Positions 18,793 through 28,944 are shown, counted from the first letter of the stretch. The stretch: 64,000 nt of DNA from an uncultured virus (IMG/VR IMGVR_UViG_3300028897_000592) (IMGVR_UViG_3300028897_000592); one strand, 5' to 3'. Numbers and translations: made by a program. The notes: generated by a model not told the origin, from the sequence alone.

Positions 18793-18807
18793 TTTATATA
18801 TATAGTT
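18793..18807 (-). promoter_or_regulatory. putative phage promoter motif (CTATATATAT) upstream of the ncRNA array
   Basis: Motif recurs in intergenic gaps at 29768, 59082 and 59168. Confidence 0.55.
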
Positions 18808-18826
18808 ATCTACAGTTAATCCAAAA

Positions 18827-19078
18827 TTAAGTTGCGTCAATCTTAGCTGGTTTCTGATAGTCAGCCAAATCAAAAAGCATCTTGTTTCCCGACAGTCGGT
18901 CAGAAGATACTTTCATTAAATTCTTCGTTGACAGAGGCATATCTGGATCAGTTAAATATAAATGTAAGCCATGTTTGAAATTAAAAACTATCCCATCAGC
19001 AGTTTCTTCTACTTCAATCAAATCACTTCTATCTAATGACACCTCGATACTACCTTTTCTAATTATTATTTTACTCAT
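18827..19078 (-). CDS. hypothetical protein
   Basis: GGAGG RBS; 83 aa. Confidence 0.65.
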   Translation of the reverse strand: MSKIIIRKGSIEVSLDRSDLIEVEETADGIVFNFKHGLHLYLTDPDMPLSTKNLMKVSSDRLSGNKMLFDLADYQKPAKIDAT

Positions 19079-19087
19079 CTTTCCTCC

Positions 19088-19720
19088 TTACACCTTTTCA
19101 AAATTCTTTAGGACTATGAACATCTTAATAAGTTCACTAGCTCCTATAAACCATTCTATTAAATCGTCTTTATTATATGTTCTAAGAAAAACAGTTATCA
19201 ACTGATTTAAAGTATGGGATTCAATCTGCTCTTCAATTTCTTTAATAATTTCATTTGACCTCTTCTTGCAAAAATCGTTAACGTCGATTTTCTTCAAATC
19301 AACTTTAAAAAATCTCCAAACGTCAGCAATAAAGTCTTCAAAGTCATATTCTATAAATTCAATAAAACTATAAATATTATCAATATCATCAAGGTCATAT
19401 ATTTTTACGTTCTGTGGAAAAACAAAATCATAAACTTCTTCAACTTTATCAAGAATCTTTTCGCAAAGAAGTATTTGTTCTCGAACAGTATGATTCTTTA
19501 TGTCAACAATCGTTTCTAAATAATTTTCCTTAAAACTCAGTTTTCCAATATTATCAAGAATAGTTTCGAACTCATACTCTCTTAGAGAATCTTCTTGTGA
19601 CTCTATATTACTGATATATGTATGGAAATCTGGATTCACTTCTATCGAACTATCATCAATATCTACTTCTGGTAGTGGGACTGAATCACCTAAAAGAATA
19701 TAACCAAACCTGTCTTCCAT
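19088..19720 (-). CDS. hypothetical acidic protein
   Basis: ORF immediately downstream of rpoB. Confidence 0.65.
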   Translation of the reverse strand: MEDRFGYILLGDSVPLPEVDIDDSSIEVNPDFHTYISNIESQEDSLREYEFETILDNIGKLSFKENYLETIVDIKNHTVREQILLCEKILDKVEEVYDFVFPQNVKIYDLDDIDNIYSFIEFIEYDFEDFIADVWRFFKVDLKKIDVNDFCKKRSNEIIKEIEEQIESHTLNQLITVFLRTYNKDDLIEWFIGASELIKMFIVLKNFEKV

Positions 19721-19721
19721 A

Positions 19722-22700
19722 CTAACCTCTCTCTAACATTAATGACGCAAAATATGAATTTAGTAAGTCACGCGCTGGAGAAATTTTTGGAACTCGATAC
19801 GCTGCATTACCAGTTTGAATAATGTCTGAAACTATCTCATCTCTCGTTATATAATCATCACTTAAAGGTCCCATCATCTCCGCAAGGAGAGTAAGACAAT
19901 TATATGAAATAAATGAATAAGTATCTAGTTCTCCAAGACGTTGTCCTCCTTCATGTCTCTTACCAGCAGTTGGTTGAGCCGTTTTTGAAATAGTAGGACC
20001 GGTACTTCTACCATATATTTTTCCCTCTCCAATTTGTTCTAATTTTGAAACATACATATAACCAACTGGAACGGGCATACTTGTTTTAGTGTTAAACTCA
20101 GGAAGATACAAATGGTACGCCGGTTTCAATCCTAAAACCTTTAAAGCACTACTTACATCCTGATATTTCGGAGACTGAAATGGAGGAACCACAATCGGAA
20201 CAAAACCAGTCTTTTTTATTTGGTCAATAAAAAGTTTAAATTTTTGAGCAGATAACTTAGATAAACTATTTATAAATCTAGCACTTGATTTCTGACTCTC
20301 AGACCCATCTAGTTTTACTAAAACTGTTTTTAGTAAACTGATAATCTTGGTTTTATCCTTTAAATCAGTAACTCGTTTTCCTAACTCTTTAGATATTAAA
20401 CCACAATACATTTCATAGAGTTGACCAATATTCATTCTTCCTATTATTCCAAGAGGATTAAGAATTACATCTATTCTATCCCCAAATGGAGTTCTAGGCA
20501 TATTCTCATCTTTCTCAACTAGAGAAATAATTCCTTTGTTACCATAACGATTACAAAGTTTATCTCCACCACTAATCTTCAATTCTTGTTCAATTCTAAA
20601 TCTTACAAGAACACCTTTTATTGTGACTCCACCAATTGTAAATTTCTCACGTGGTGGTTTTCCATATTTTTTATTAGTCTTCATAATAAGTATTTTTAGT
20701 TGTGGAAATACGTCTGCACTTACATTAGAAAAGACTTCTATATCAACAATTCTCCCTCCAGGACTTTTATGAATATACTGTCCGGCAGATACTTCAGATA
20801 CTTCAGTTTCTTCAAATCCAATTAATTGTTCAATTTCTCCAATAGTTTTTCTTAATAAAGGTTGTCCTTTTTCAGTTTCATCGCCAATTTCTGCTAGGAA
20901 TAATAGTCTATCTTGTTTTGACATTAGAGCTTCTTCTTCTATTCCATGTACTGAAGTAAGTTTGTCTTCTTCGACTAGTTTTTCATTTATTACAATACCA
21001 TCCTCAAAATTATAACCTTTATATGGCATCATCGCAACACATAATGTTCGTCCTAAAGATATAGACCCATTTGATAAACAACTACCTTCTGCAATGACCT
21101 CATCTTTCTTTACATTTTGACTTGTTTTTACAACAGGCTTAAAGATACTTAGAGTATTTTTTCCGCTTCCAGATCTCAAATGTACCGGAGAAATATCCAC
21201 TTGTTGTTTCTTATTATCAGAACATAATATCGTAATCATATCAGTTGTAATAGTAGTTACTTTTCCAGAACATGGTGATCTTTTTATAAAATTATCAGAA
21301 AGTACGTTTGTTAATATAGACTCATAACCAGATTGGACTACTGGAGGTTGCGGATCCTTTAATGGTAACATTTGTTTCGCTTGACTCGATAACATTATTA
21401 CTCTAGCACCTTCGTTATTTTCTAAAAATGGAACCATACAAGTAGTAGAAGACAACATTCCAGTTCCTTCTTTATTTGTTATCTTCTTTCCAGAAAACAT
21501 ACCTCTAGCTGAAGTAATATATGAATCAATACTCAACTGTTGAACTATTCCAATATTCCCACTTTCTGGAGTATCAAGTGGATCTATATTTCCAAAATAA
21601 GATGGATGTACATTTCTAGCTTCTGTTTGAATAGCTCGTTTATCTGGAATACCACCAACTCGTTTACCTACTGGAGTAATTCTAGTCATTGTAGACATCT
21701 CTTCAATTGGGTTAGCATACTCCATATCAGTAACTACTTCTGTATTATTAAAATCACTTAGTACTTTCTTCGAAGCTAACATAAATTTCGCTTGTTTATT
21801 TCCTGCAAGAACTTGTTCCTTGTAAACTGTGTATGAAGCCAAAATTTGTTCTTGAGCTAAATGAACCAAAATTTCAGAGTTCCTAATCCTTTGGTTTGTG
21901 ATATCGTTCCTTTCAATCACAACACCTTGGATTACCTTCTCAACCATATATTTCATAATCAAATTTAAATCAGTAGGTAGTTCTTTATTCATTAATATCT
22001 GTTTTGCTACTGGATCTATTATATTCTGAATACTGGACGAAATATGATATGTAGAATTCAATCTTCCAGTAAGTTGTATTATAAATTCCTCAAAGAAATT
22101 TTTAGTACCAAATTCTGACTCAATTGAATACCTGTCTACCTTACCATGAATAAACGACTGACAAAGCTCTTCTTTTAACTGGGAATCCACCTTCCCAAAA
22201 AGAATAGACTCTTTAGAGTTGATTTTACAACCCCACTCACCCTTTTTTATCTTCCTAGTTACAATTTCATATGAAAGACCATAAAGTCTTAATGTTTCTT
22301 TAAATCCAAAAGCGAAAGAAAGTAAATAAAGAAGAGGTACCTTGTACATCATAAAAGCTTCTAAATAATGTTCTTTACTAGTTCTCTTACTTACAATCCG
22401 AAAAATCGAATATGAACTTTCAAACCTCGATTCATATGGTTTCGGAAATGTTATTGGACATTGAATTATTTGATTTATAAGACATTTGGTCCTTCCATTC
22501 ACTCGAAACGTTCCAGTCCTTGGATTTATCTTTGGAACCTCAATTGAAACATCATGTTTATTTCCAAAACTGTCTACTAAAGAAACACTAACTAAACTGA
22601 TGTCAGATTTATATAACTCTCCTGGAGATTGTGGAGCGTCACTAACTATCATCTTCTGGAACTTCAAAGGCGGATCTCTCGACTCAAGGATCTTAAACGA

Positions 22701-23807
22701 ATTCGTAAGGTCTTTCTTCAAGTTTACTTCAAAGTCAATCTGTCGTTTTTGAAATAAATGCTCTGGAGACTTATCACCAACCATTTTAGGGGTGTCATAA
22801 ATCAAAATAGTTGGATCAGTACTTGTACTTATAGTTTTCTCAGTTTTCAAAATTTCGTCTACATAATTTTTAGAAACATTTTTCAATGCTTTTAATTTTC
22901 TGTCTTTTGGAATAGCTAAAGATAATCTCTTAGACTTTACAATATCTCCACTCACTTTATATAAAATAGAAGTAGTAGCAATTTCTTGACTATCTAATTT
23001 TGACATTCCAGAAGAAACCTTCTCAAACGACTCCTTATCTGTTGAAAGAAAATCTTTAACTGATGAGTGAATTTTACCTCTTTCTTCAGGAGGTACTTCG
23101 TCCGATATATTCCTCATCACAATATCAGTCGCTTTCTTAATGTCAACTTCTTCTTCTTGTTCTACATCAATTCCACTTACAGCTCTTAAATACGTTAAAA
23201 CTCTAGGAAACTTAAACTCACCATCTTTAACTAACAAACGATATTTTGACTCGTTTCCAATAATTGTATTCATTATCATGTAATCAAATTGGAAGTCTCC
23301 AGTCCTTAATTGTTGTAACACAGGGAAAATTTTTCTGTTAATAAAAATATTCATACCTCTTGTTAAATCTACTGAGTAAACGAAAACCTTCTGATAATTA
23401 TCTGGAAAACTAAGAGATAAACGTGAAAGTAAATCTTTGATCAGAAAACCAGCACGTTGTCTATAATTTGAAACTTTAAATGTAGAATCAATCGCATTTA
23501 AAAATTGTGAAAGGTCTAGAATTACATTTTGTTTAACTTTTATCTGTCCCCTTAAAGGATAAGCAAAAAGTTTATATTGTCGATACAATTTTACTGTATC
23601 AACAAACAGTCTAGTTCTTGGAATTTTAGTAACTGGAACAATTACAACTCGAAAATCAACGCGTCGTAAGTTCAGCTTCGGATAATCATCGAGAAAATTA
23701 GAGTTTTCAGAATAATACACTAAAAGAAACGGAGAATTTATAACTTGAGGAAACCTTATTCCATTCGTAGTTTGAGTATATTGTTTTAAAGACTTAAATT
23801 GAATCAT
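19722..23807 (-). CDS. rpoB: phage DNA-directed RNA polymerase beta subunit (unsplit, with N-terminal extension)
   Basis: DPLDTPESGNIG, PYKGYNFEDG, GDKLCNRYGNKG, NPLGIIGRMNIGQ, GGQRLGELD. Start probably MIQFKS at 23807; the track gives 23828. Confidence 0.95.
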   Translation of the reverse strand: MIQFKSLKQYTQTTNGIRFPQVINSPFLLVYYSENSNFLDDYPKLNLRRVDFRVVIVPVTKIPRTRLFVDTVKLYRQYKLFAYPLRGQIKVKQNVILDLSQFLNAIDSTFKVSNYRQRAGFLIKDLLSRLSLSFPDNYQKVFVYSVDLTRGMNIFINRKIFPVLQQLRTGDFQFDYMIMNTIIGNESKYRLLVKDGEFKFPRVLTYLRAVSGIDVEQEEEVDIKKATDIVMRNISDEVPPEERGKIHSSVKDFLSTDKESFEKVSSGMSKLDSQEIATTSILYKVSGDIVKSKRLSLAIPKDRKLKALKNVSKNYVDEILKTEKTISTSTDPTILIYDTPKMVGDKSPEHLFQKRQIDFEVNLKKDLTNSFKILESRDPPLKFQKMIVSDAPQSPGELYKSDISLVSVSLVDSFGNKHDVSIEVPKINPRTGTFRVNGRTKCLINQIIQCPITFPKPYESRFESSYSIFRIVSKRTSKEHYLEAFMMYKVPLLYLLSFAFGFKETLRLYGLSYEIVTRKIKKGEWGCKINSKESILFGKVDSQLKEELCQSFIHGKVDRYSIESEFGTKNFFEEFIIQLTGRLNSTYHISSSIQNIIDPVAKQILMNKELPTDLNLIMKYMVEKVIQGVVIERNDITNQRIRNSEILVHLAQEQILASYTVYKEQVLAGNKQAKFMLASKKVLSDFNNTEVVTDMEYANPIEEMSTMTRITPVGKRVGGIPDKRAIQTEARNVHPSYFGNIDPLDTPESGNIGIVQQLSIDSYITSARGMFSGKKITNKEGTGMLSSTTCMVPFLENNEGARVIMLSSQAKQMLPLKDPQPPVVQSGYESILTNVLSDNFIKRSPCSGKVTTITTDMITILCSDNKKQQVDISPVHLRSGSGKNTLSIFKPVVKTSQNVKKDEVIAEGSCLSNGSISLGRTLCVAMMPYKGYNFEDGIVINEKLVEEDKLTSVHGIEEEALMSKQDRLLFLAEIGDETEKGQPLLRKTIGEIEQLIGFEETEVSEVSAGQYIHKSPGGRIVDIEVFSNVSADVFPQLKILIMKTNKKYGKPPREKFTIGGVTIKGVLVRFRIEQELKISGGDKLCNRYGNKGIISLVEKDENMPRTPFGDRIDVILNPLGIIGRMNIGQLYEMYCGLISKELGKRVTDLKDKTKIISLLKTVLVKLDGSESQKSSARFINSLSKLSAQKFKLFIDQIKKTGFVPIVVPPFQSPKYQDVSSALKVLGLKPAYHLYLPEFNTKTSMPVPVGYMYVSKLEQIGEGKIYGRSTGPTISKTAQPTAGKRHEGGQRLGELDTYSFISYNCLTLLAEMMGPLSDDYITRDEIVSDIIQTGNAAYRVPKISPARDLLNSYFASLMLERG

Positions 23808-23808
23808 A

Positions 23809-26800
23809 TTATCTTTTCCTCTCTTCAACTAAAGTTCCAGTTAAAACTTTCTCAATAATAGAAGTATCTGGAGTTTCCTCCGAAATGAGTCCAGTTTGAA
23901 TCGCTTTATTTATATTTTCGAACCCAAGACCTTGAATAAAACTAGTATTAAATACAACATCTTTAACATTCATCATTACAGGATCCCAAGTCCTACCAAC
24001 TCTAGCAGGTAAACTAGGAGTTGATCTATCTCTTAAACATTGACCTAAAAGAACTTCTAAATGGACCAAGTCCATATTTGCTATAGGAGGCTTATATACG
24101 TTAAGTAACTTTCTAAATAAATGGTCAACATCTTTATGTACTTCTCGTCCACCTAGTAGTCTCTCAACATATTGGACTTGTTGTTGGACTTCTGATGTTT
24201 CTAATGGAACTTCCAACAAAGTTGCATAAGATTCATATTCTAACTCAATAAACTCTTTTCCAATCTCAGTCATCTTTTGTATCTGAAGCTCTACTGGATA
24301 ATCAAGTATCAAGTTAAAAATTAAATCAGAAAACTCAATCCGTACAACTAAACTCTTTACCCATATATGGTCTTGATAAACTTCAAGATCGTCACCCTTT
24401 GTATAGTTACTCAAACTTATAGTAACTTTACATGGTTTTAAACATACTAGCTGATTTTCTGTTTGTTTTAGATATTTAGAAAGTTTAGGAACATCAACCA
24501 TTGGATCATTATCAGAGATATCTTGTAAAACATTCCTTACCTCCAACTTTACTGCTCCACCTTTATGAAATGTTGTTAATATTAACTGTGTTCCTCTTTC
24601 CCCAATAACTTGCGCTGCTAGAATACCAGCATAAGGAGTTTTATGTCTTTCTAATAATCTTCCATAACAAGTATGACATAATTTTAAAGACTTACAATAA
24701 ACTGGCGATCTTAAGTTAATAACGTCACCAACTTTATAATTTTTTTCTTTAAATTCTACAACACTTCTTCCTTTTACTACAAATCGTCCAGTTAATCTTG
24801 AGATCGAGTCCTTAGAAAGTTTAATCGTCAAAGTTCTGTCAGTACCACAATCTTTTAGTTGACGATGTATTTCTATACTATTTAAAACGAAAGCTAATTT
24901 CCTTGATGAATACCCAGTGTCAGCAGTATTAATAACTCTATCAATTATACCTTTTCTAGCACCAGATGAAGCCTTAAAATACTCTTTGTTAGTAAGACCC
25001 TCAGAAAAAGAACCCTTAACTGGATCTAAAATATTTCCTTGTGGATCAGCTATAATCCCTTTCGCAACTAAAATTTGCATAATTGGATCCCATCCTCTTG
25101 AAGCCCCCGATTCTGTAAGGTCATACAATCCAGTACCTTTTAGATGTTTTACTAAAATTTCTTTCATTTGATCTAAGACAACACTAGCTTCTTCTGGAGT
25201 TGCTCCAACGAGTTTTTGTTTCAGAACTTTAATTTCATTCGGAATATCAATGTTTTCAAGTGATATACTGGGCGCCATAATAGTAGAAAACTTAAATCCA
25301 ACTTTCTCCAATTGTGAGAAAGTTTCTAAAGCAATATCTTGACCATATCTTTCTAATACTTTTGGAATCAGACTATTTACAATATTTTTTGTAACCTGTT
25401 TATCAAAAAATGGAAAGCCAGATGGAAAACAACTATTAAAGATTGCTTTACCCATCGTTGTATTTACACCCCTATATTTAACGGGGATATACGGATCAGT
25501 AGCTTTTTCTAAATCTTCTTTAGATACTGAAATCGGAGACATTGTTCTACGAACGTCTTTTGTAATCATAAATAAACCAACACACATTTCTTTACTTAAC
25601 GAGAATGTAACTGCGTTAGAACTCTCACCTGACTCAGGTCGTAACATTTTAGTTCTTGCTTCTTCTTGTGCTTCAGTACTCAATGGATGAAAAACTGCCA
25701 TTGTATCTCCATCAAAATCAGCATTAAAACCACTTACTTGCAAAGTACAAAGTTGTATAGTATTTCCATCTATTAATTTTACTTTAAAAGCCCTCACTGA
25801 TTCAGCATGTAATACGGGATCTCGTTTCGCTAAAACTACACGTCCTAATATCGCTACTTCAGTTGACTCAAATATAATATCATATAATCGCTTTGGAACT
25901 TTATCAGCTGCTTTAATAGACTTCATAACTCGCTTTACACTATCTACTGATAAATCCAGTCCAGTAAACGATTTTACTTCTTTTTCAAGTTCGTCCTTAT
26001 CTACTTGATTAGAATATAGAAGACGATGAATTATAAAAGGCTCAAAAATACTTACTGCTAACCTCAGAGGAATTCCAATTTCATTTGTCTTGAGTTCAGG
26101 TGATGGAGTAATCACTGCACGACCACTAAAATCTGTACGTTTTCCTAAAAGTTGGGAACGAATAATCCCTCGTTTTTTCTGAATTAATGTTCTAACAAAA
26201 TCATCGTGACCTACTACTGCTCGTTGTAATTCATAATTAAGCAAATCAAATAACGGCCCAGATTTAACTGAAGTTTTCATCTGAAAGGATTTCCTAAGAA
26301 TACTCAAGTAATAGTCATTTAACGGATCGCTTATCCACGTACCCTTCTCATCTTGATAAATTGGTCTCTGATCCGGGGGTATTACTGGGACTTTATTTAT
26401 GAATAAAGTTTTATTATCAAACGCTCTCTTAACAACTTCAACAAGTTTCTCTCTAGTTCCTGTTCCAGTCCTAAAAATTATTTTTGGAAATAACTTTATA
26501 AACTCTGTAATTCCTGTTACTCCTTCATCACTCACTTTCAACAATTTATTTTCATCTAGAATAAAAGACTGTTCAGTAGAAACAAATTTCTCAATACGAC
26601 GATCTAACTGTTTTAAAATTTTAAAGGAACTTGGATGAAGTACGAACGCATTTAAGTCAATATAAGAAAAAGTTGTTTTTCGTTCTAACGAGTCTACCGG
26701 TCCAAATATCGCTTCTGAGAAAAGACCTTCTGGATTGAACTCTCCAGTCCTTGTAAAAAACTCAGTGCTTTTAATTGGTTTAAGACCCCTTACAAACTCG

Positions 26801-26823
26801 TCTAAATTAAGGAATCCAATCAT
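23809..26823 (-). CDS. rpoC: phage DNA-directed RNA polymerase beta' subunit (unsplit)
   Basis: GLFSEAIFG, LLGKRTDFSGRAVI, RDPVLH, catalytic NADFDGD, ARKG..D....TADTGY, CHTCYG, GERGTQL. Confidence 0.96.
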   Translation of the reverse strand: MIGFLNLDEFVRGLKPIKSTEFFTRTGEFNPEGLFSEAIFGPVDSLERKTTFSYIDLNAFVLHPSSFKILKQLDRRIEKFVSTEQSFILDENKLLKVSDEGVTGITEFIKLFPKIIFRTGTGTREKLVEVVKRAFDNKTLFINKVPVIPPDQRPIYQDEKGTWISDPLNDYYLSILRKSFQMKTSVKSGPLFDLLNYELQRAVVGHDDFVRTLIQKKRGIIRSQLLGKRTDFSGRAVITPSPELKTNEIGIPLRLAVSIFEPFIIHRLLYSNQVDKDELEKEVKSFTGLDLSVDSVKRVMKSIKAADKVPKRLYDIIFESTEVAILGRVVLAKRDPVLHAESVRAFKVKLIDGNTIQLCTLQVSGFNADFDGDTMAVFHPLSTEAQEEARTKMLRPESGESSNAVTFSLSKEMCVGLFMITKDVRRTMSPISVSKEDLEKATDPYIPVKYRGVNTTMGKAIFNSCFPSGFPFFDKQVTKNIVNSLIPKVLERYGQDIALETFSQLEKVGFKFSTIMAPSISLENIDIPNEIKVLKQKLVGATPEEASVVLDQMKEILVKHLKGTGLYDLTESGASRGWDPIMQILVAKGIIADPQGNILDPVKGSFSEGLTNKEYFKASSGARKGIIDRVINTADTGYSSRKLAFVLNSIEIHRQLKDCGTDRTLTIKLSKDSISRLTGRFVVKGRSVVEFKEKNYKVGDVINLRSPVYCKSLKLCHTCYGRLLERHKTPYAGILAAQVIGERGTQLILTTFHKGGAVKLEVRNVLQDISDNDPMVDVPKLSKYLKQTENQLVCLKPCKVTISLSNYTKGDDLEVYQDHIWVKSLVVRIEFSDLIFNLILDYPVELQIQKMTEIGKEFIELEYESYATLLEVPLETSEVQQQVQYVERLLGGREVHKDVDHLFRKLLNVYKPPIANMDLVHLEVLLGQCLRDRSTPSLPARVGRTWDPVMMNVKDVVFNTSFIQGLGFENINKAIQTGLISEETPDTSIIEKVLTGTLVEERKR

Positions 26824-26835
26824 TTTCTCTTTACT

Positions 26836-27285
26836 TTACCTCATTCCCACTTTTACTTGGTCTAAATAATCCTTGATATTATTAAATAATCTAGTTACAA
26901 ACGCCTTCTTTGTAGCCATTCCATACGGCTTAGGTACTTCTTTACTAAACTTCGAATGAAGTCGTTTTAACTTAACTAAAATTGCATCTACTTGTTCACC
27001 TTCTATTTCTGGTCTATCCTTCAACTTCTCAGCCAGTTTCATTGAAAAAGAAATAATATCAGGATCTTCGATTCCTGTACGATTACATATCGGAAAAAAT
27101 GGAACTTGTCTTCCTCTCATCGTTAAAGATAAATAACATTTCGGATACCTTTCTAAATGTTTCGTTCTGAGATCTCGATCCATCAACCATTTAAGTCGAT
27201 AATCAATACTATGCGGAGCAATTAACGAATAAACTTTTCTTATAAGTTCATCTAGTACTTCAAATCTCTCATTTAAACTACCCAT
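26836..27285 (-). CDS. hypothetical protein directly upstream of the RNAP genes
   Basis: GGAGG RBS; 149 aa. Confidence 0.7.
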   Translation of the reverse strand: MGSLNERFEVLDELIRKVYSLIAPHSIDYRLKWLMDRDLRTKHLERYPKCYLSLTMRGRQVPFFPICNRTGIEDPDIISFSMKLAEKLKDRPEIEGEQVDAILVKLKRLHSKFSKEVPKPYGMATKKAFVTRLFNNIKDYLDQVKVGMR

Positions 27286-27317
27286 CTCAAAACCTCCATT
27301 TAACGTGATCTTTTATA

Positions 27318-27325
27318 TTTGTTCT
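27318..27325 (-). promoter_or_regulatory. putative phage promoter motif AGAACAAA
   Basis: Recurs ~33-43 nt upstream of start codons at 40012, 45362, 54882 and 59609. Confidence 0.55.
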
Positions 27326-27360
27326 GATTTTACAAAAAAACTTTCTAAAAAATAACTATA

Positions 27361-27487
27361 TTTAGGATAAGAATACCCACCCTATCAGTTGCCCACCAAT
27401 AAACTTTTGGTTGCTGGGTCTCTCAAGGTCTCTGGTTTGATGGGGGTACATTACAGACCCTTGTTCCCTCATTATTCTTATCCTAAA
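27361..27487 (-). ncRNA. putative structured RNA closed by a 15-bp perfect stem
   Basis: tttaggataagaata...tattcttatcctaaa enclosing a GC-richer interior with extra helices. Confidence 0.5.
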
Positions 27488-27491
27488 ACTT

Positions 27492-28928
27492 CTAGAAATC
27501 TTGATTTAATTTATCTGTCATAGTCTGAAATTTATCGTTAAGCTGGTTAGAAAAATAAAGAGTATAGAAATTAATCATATCACTTTCAACCTTACTCAAT
27601 GGAATTCCTGTCAATTTCTTTCCAGTAACTAAGTCACAAAAATTAACTCTAGAAACTCTCCCAACATAATGACATAGAAGTCTATGTGGAACAGTCTTGG
27701 TTTTGAAATTGAAAAAACTTCTTGTATTTTGTACGTCCAAGTATTCATGAATTAACTTTAACTTATATGTAGTTGCAATAGATGGACTACTCAGTGGATA
27801 ATAACTTAACAAAGAGAAAAGACTTTTAAAATCGCTTTTAAATGCTTTTGTCAGAAGTCCTTGTATATATACAGAAAGAACTGCACAATGTTCCGGAGAC
27901 AACGTTCTAAAATGGTTGTAAGGAATTTCAGTAACTTTAGATAGAACTGGAAAAACTAATGAGTCACATAATGGAGAAATAAATTCAATTCCTGATAAAC
28001 GATTATGAAATTGCACAACATATTGGTCAGACAAACTTGAACTCTCAAGATTCATCACATTCTGACTCTCTAAACTCTCATAAATCTTCTCAAAAGCAAT
28101 AGCTTTTAATCTTCCAAGAGTATCATTATAACTATATGTCTTTAAATTATTACTACTTATTCCATGAATATCCTCGGTCGAAATACTATCATCATACACA
28201 ACAGATCCCTTATACACTGATCTCAAAAACCACTTCACTGACTCATCAATAACACCAACAAAATATGTTATCGGATTTTTATCTTCTTCGCAAAGTACTA
28301 AAATTGAATTCATAATAAAGTTGAAAATCTCAACTACATGTACATCAATTGACTTACATTGTATCAACTTTATATAATCCCACATATATTTATCGCTTAA
28401 ATTATATTTGAAAGTCTTAGTTTTAACCACATTAAAAATCTTAGAAACTATCTCAGTTCCCTCAATATCAGACGCAATTATATTGTAAACTTCTCGATGA
28501 AATTTATGTCCAAATTGAAGATTCTCACTATTAGAAATCACTGAATAGATCTTCAAACAAGAAGAAAGTTTTATTATCTTCTCAATTTCGTCAGCAGAAA
28601 ATAAAATAGAACTCTTCTTCGCTTTACTCTCATCTACAAAAATACTAAAGTCCATGTTTCTAGATTCTATGTAGTTACAAGCGAAACTCTTTAGTTTCTT
28701 TATATCCCCAAATATGGGTTCTTCTTTCCCTTGCTCACATTTTTTCAATAAGTCAATAAACCACAAATCAAAATCATCTCCACAAAAAGCTGACACTCGT
28801 TCTATAAAATTAGTAACAATCGAAAATTTGTTCGTAACAGACGACGATACCAAATGTAAGTTCATAATTGGTAATTGGTCATGTAGAACTTCCCACTCCT
28901 TTAGATTAACCGAATTGAAACTTATCAT
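27492..28928 (-). CDS. hypothetical protein, candidate RNAP specificity (sigma-like) subunit
   Basis: Helical ~480-aa protein two genes upstream of rpoC; probable start MISFNSV; function inferred from position only. Confidence 0.4.
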   Translation of the reverse strand: MISFNSVNLKEWEVLHDQLPIMNLHLVSSSVTNKFSIVTNFIERVSAFCGDDFDLWFIDLLKKCEQGKEEPIFGDIKKLKSFACNYIESRNMDFSIFVDESKAKKSSILFSADEIEKIIKLSSCLKIYSVISNSENLQFGHKFHREVYNIIASDIEGTEIVSKIFNVVKTKTFKYNLSDKYMWDYIKLIQCKSIDVHVVEIFNFIMNSILVLCEEDKNPITYFVGVIDESVKWFLRSVYKGSVVYDDSISTEDIHGISSNNLKTYSYNDTLGRLKAIAFEKIYESLESQNVMNLESSSLSDQYVVQFHNRLSGIEFISPLCDSLVFPVLSKVTEIPYNHFRTLSPEHCAVLSVYIQGLLTKAFKSDFKSLFSLLSYYPLSSPSIATTYKLKLIHEYLDVQNTRSFFNFKTKTVPHRLLCHYVGRVSRVNFCDLVTGKKLTGIPLSKVESDMINFYTLYFSNQLNDKFQTMTDKLNQDF

Positions 28929-28944
28929 ATCTTTGATATTCCCC

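Noticed and set aside
19722..26823. Bacterial chromosome origin of the window (because of rpoB/rpoC, recA and gyrA/B)
   Set aside because: The proteins are highly diverged, there is no ribosomal-protein context, and baseplate, PAAR, neck and T4-like replisome genes are interspersed.
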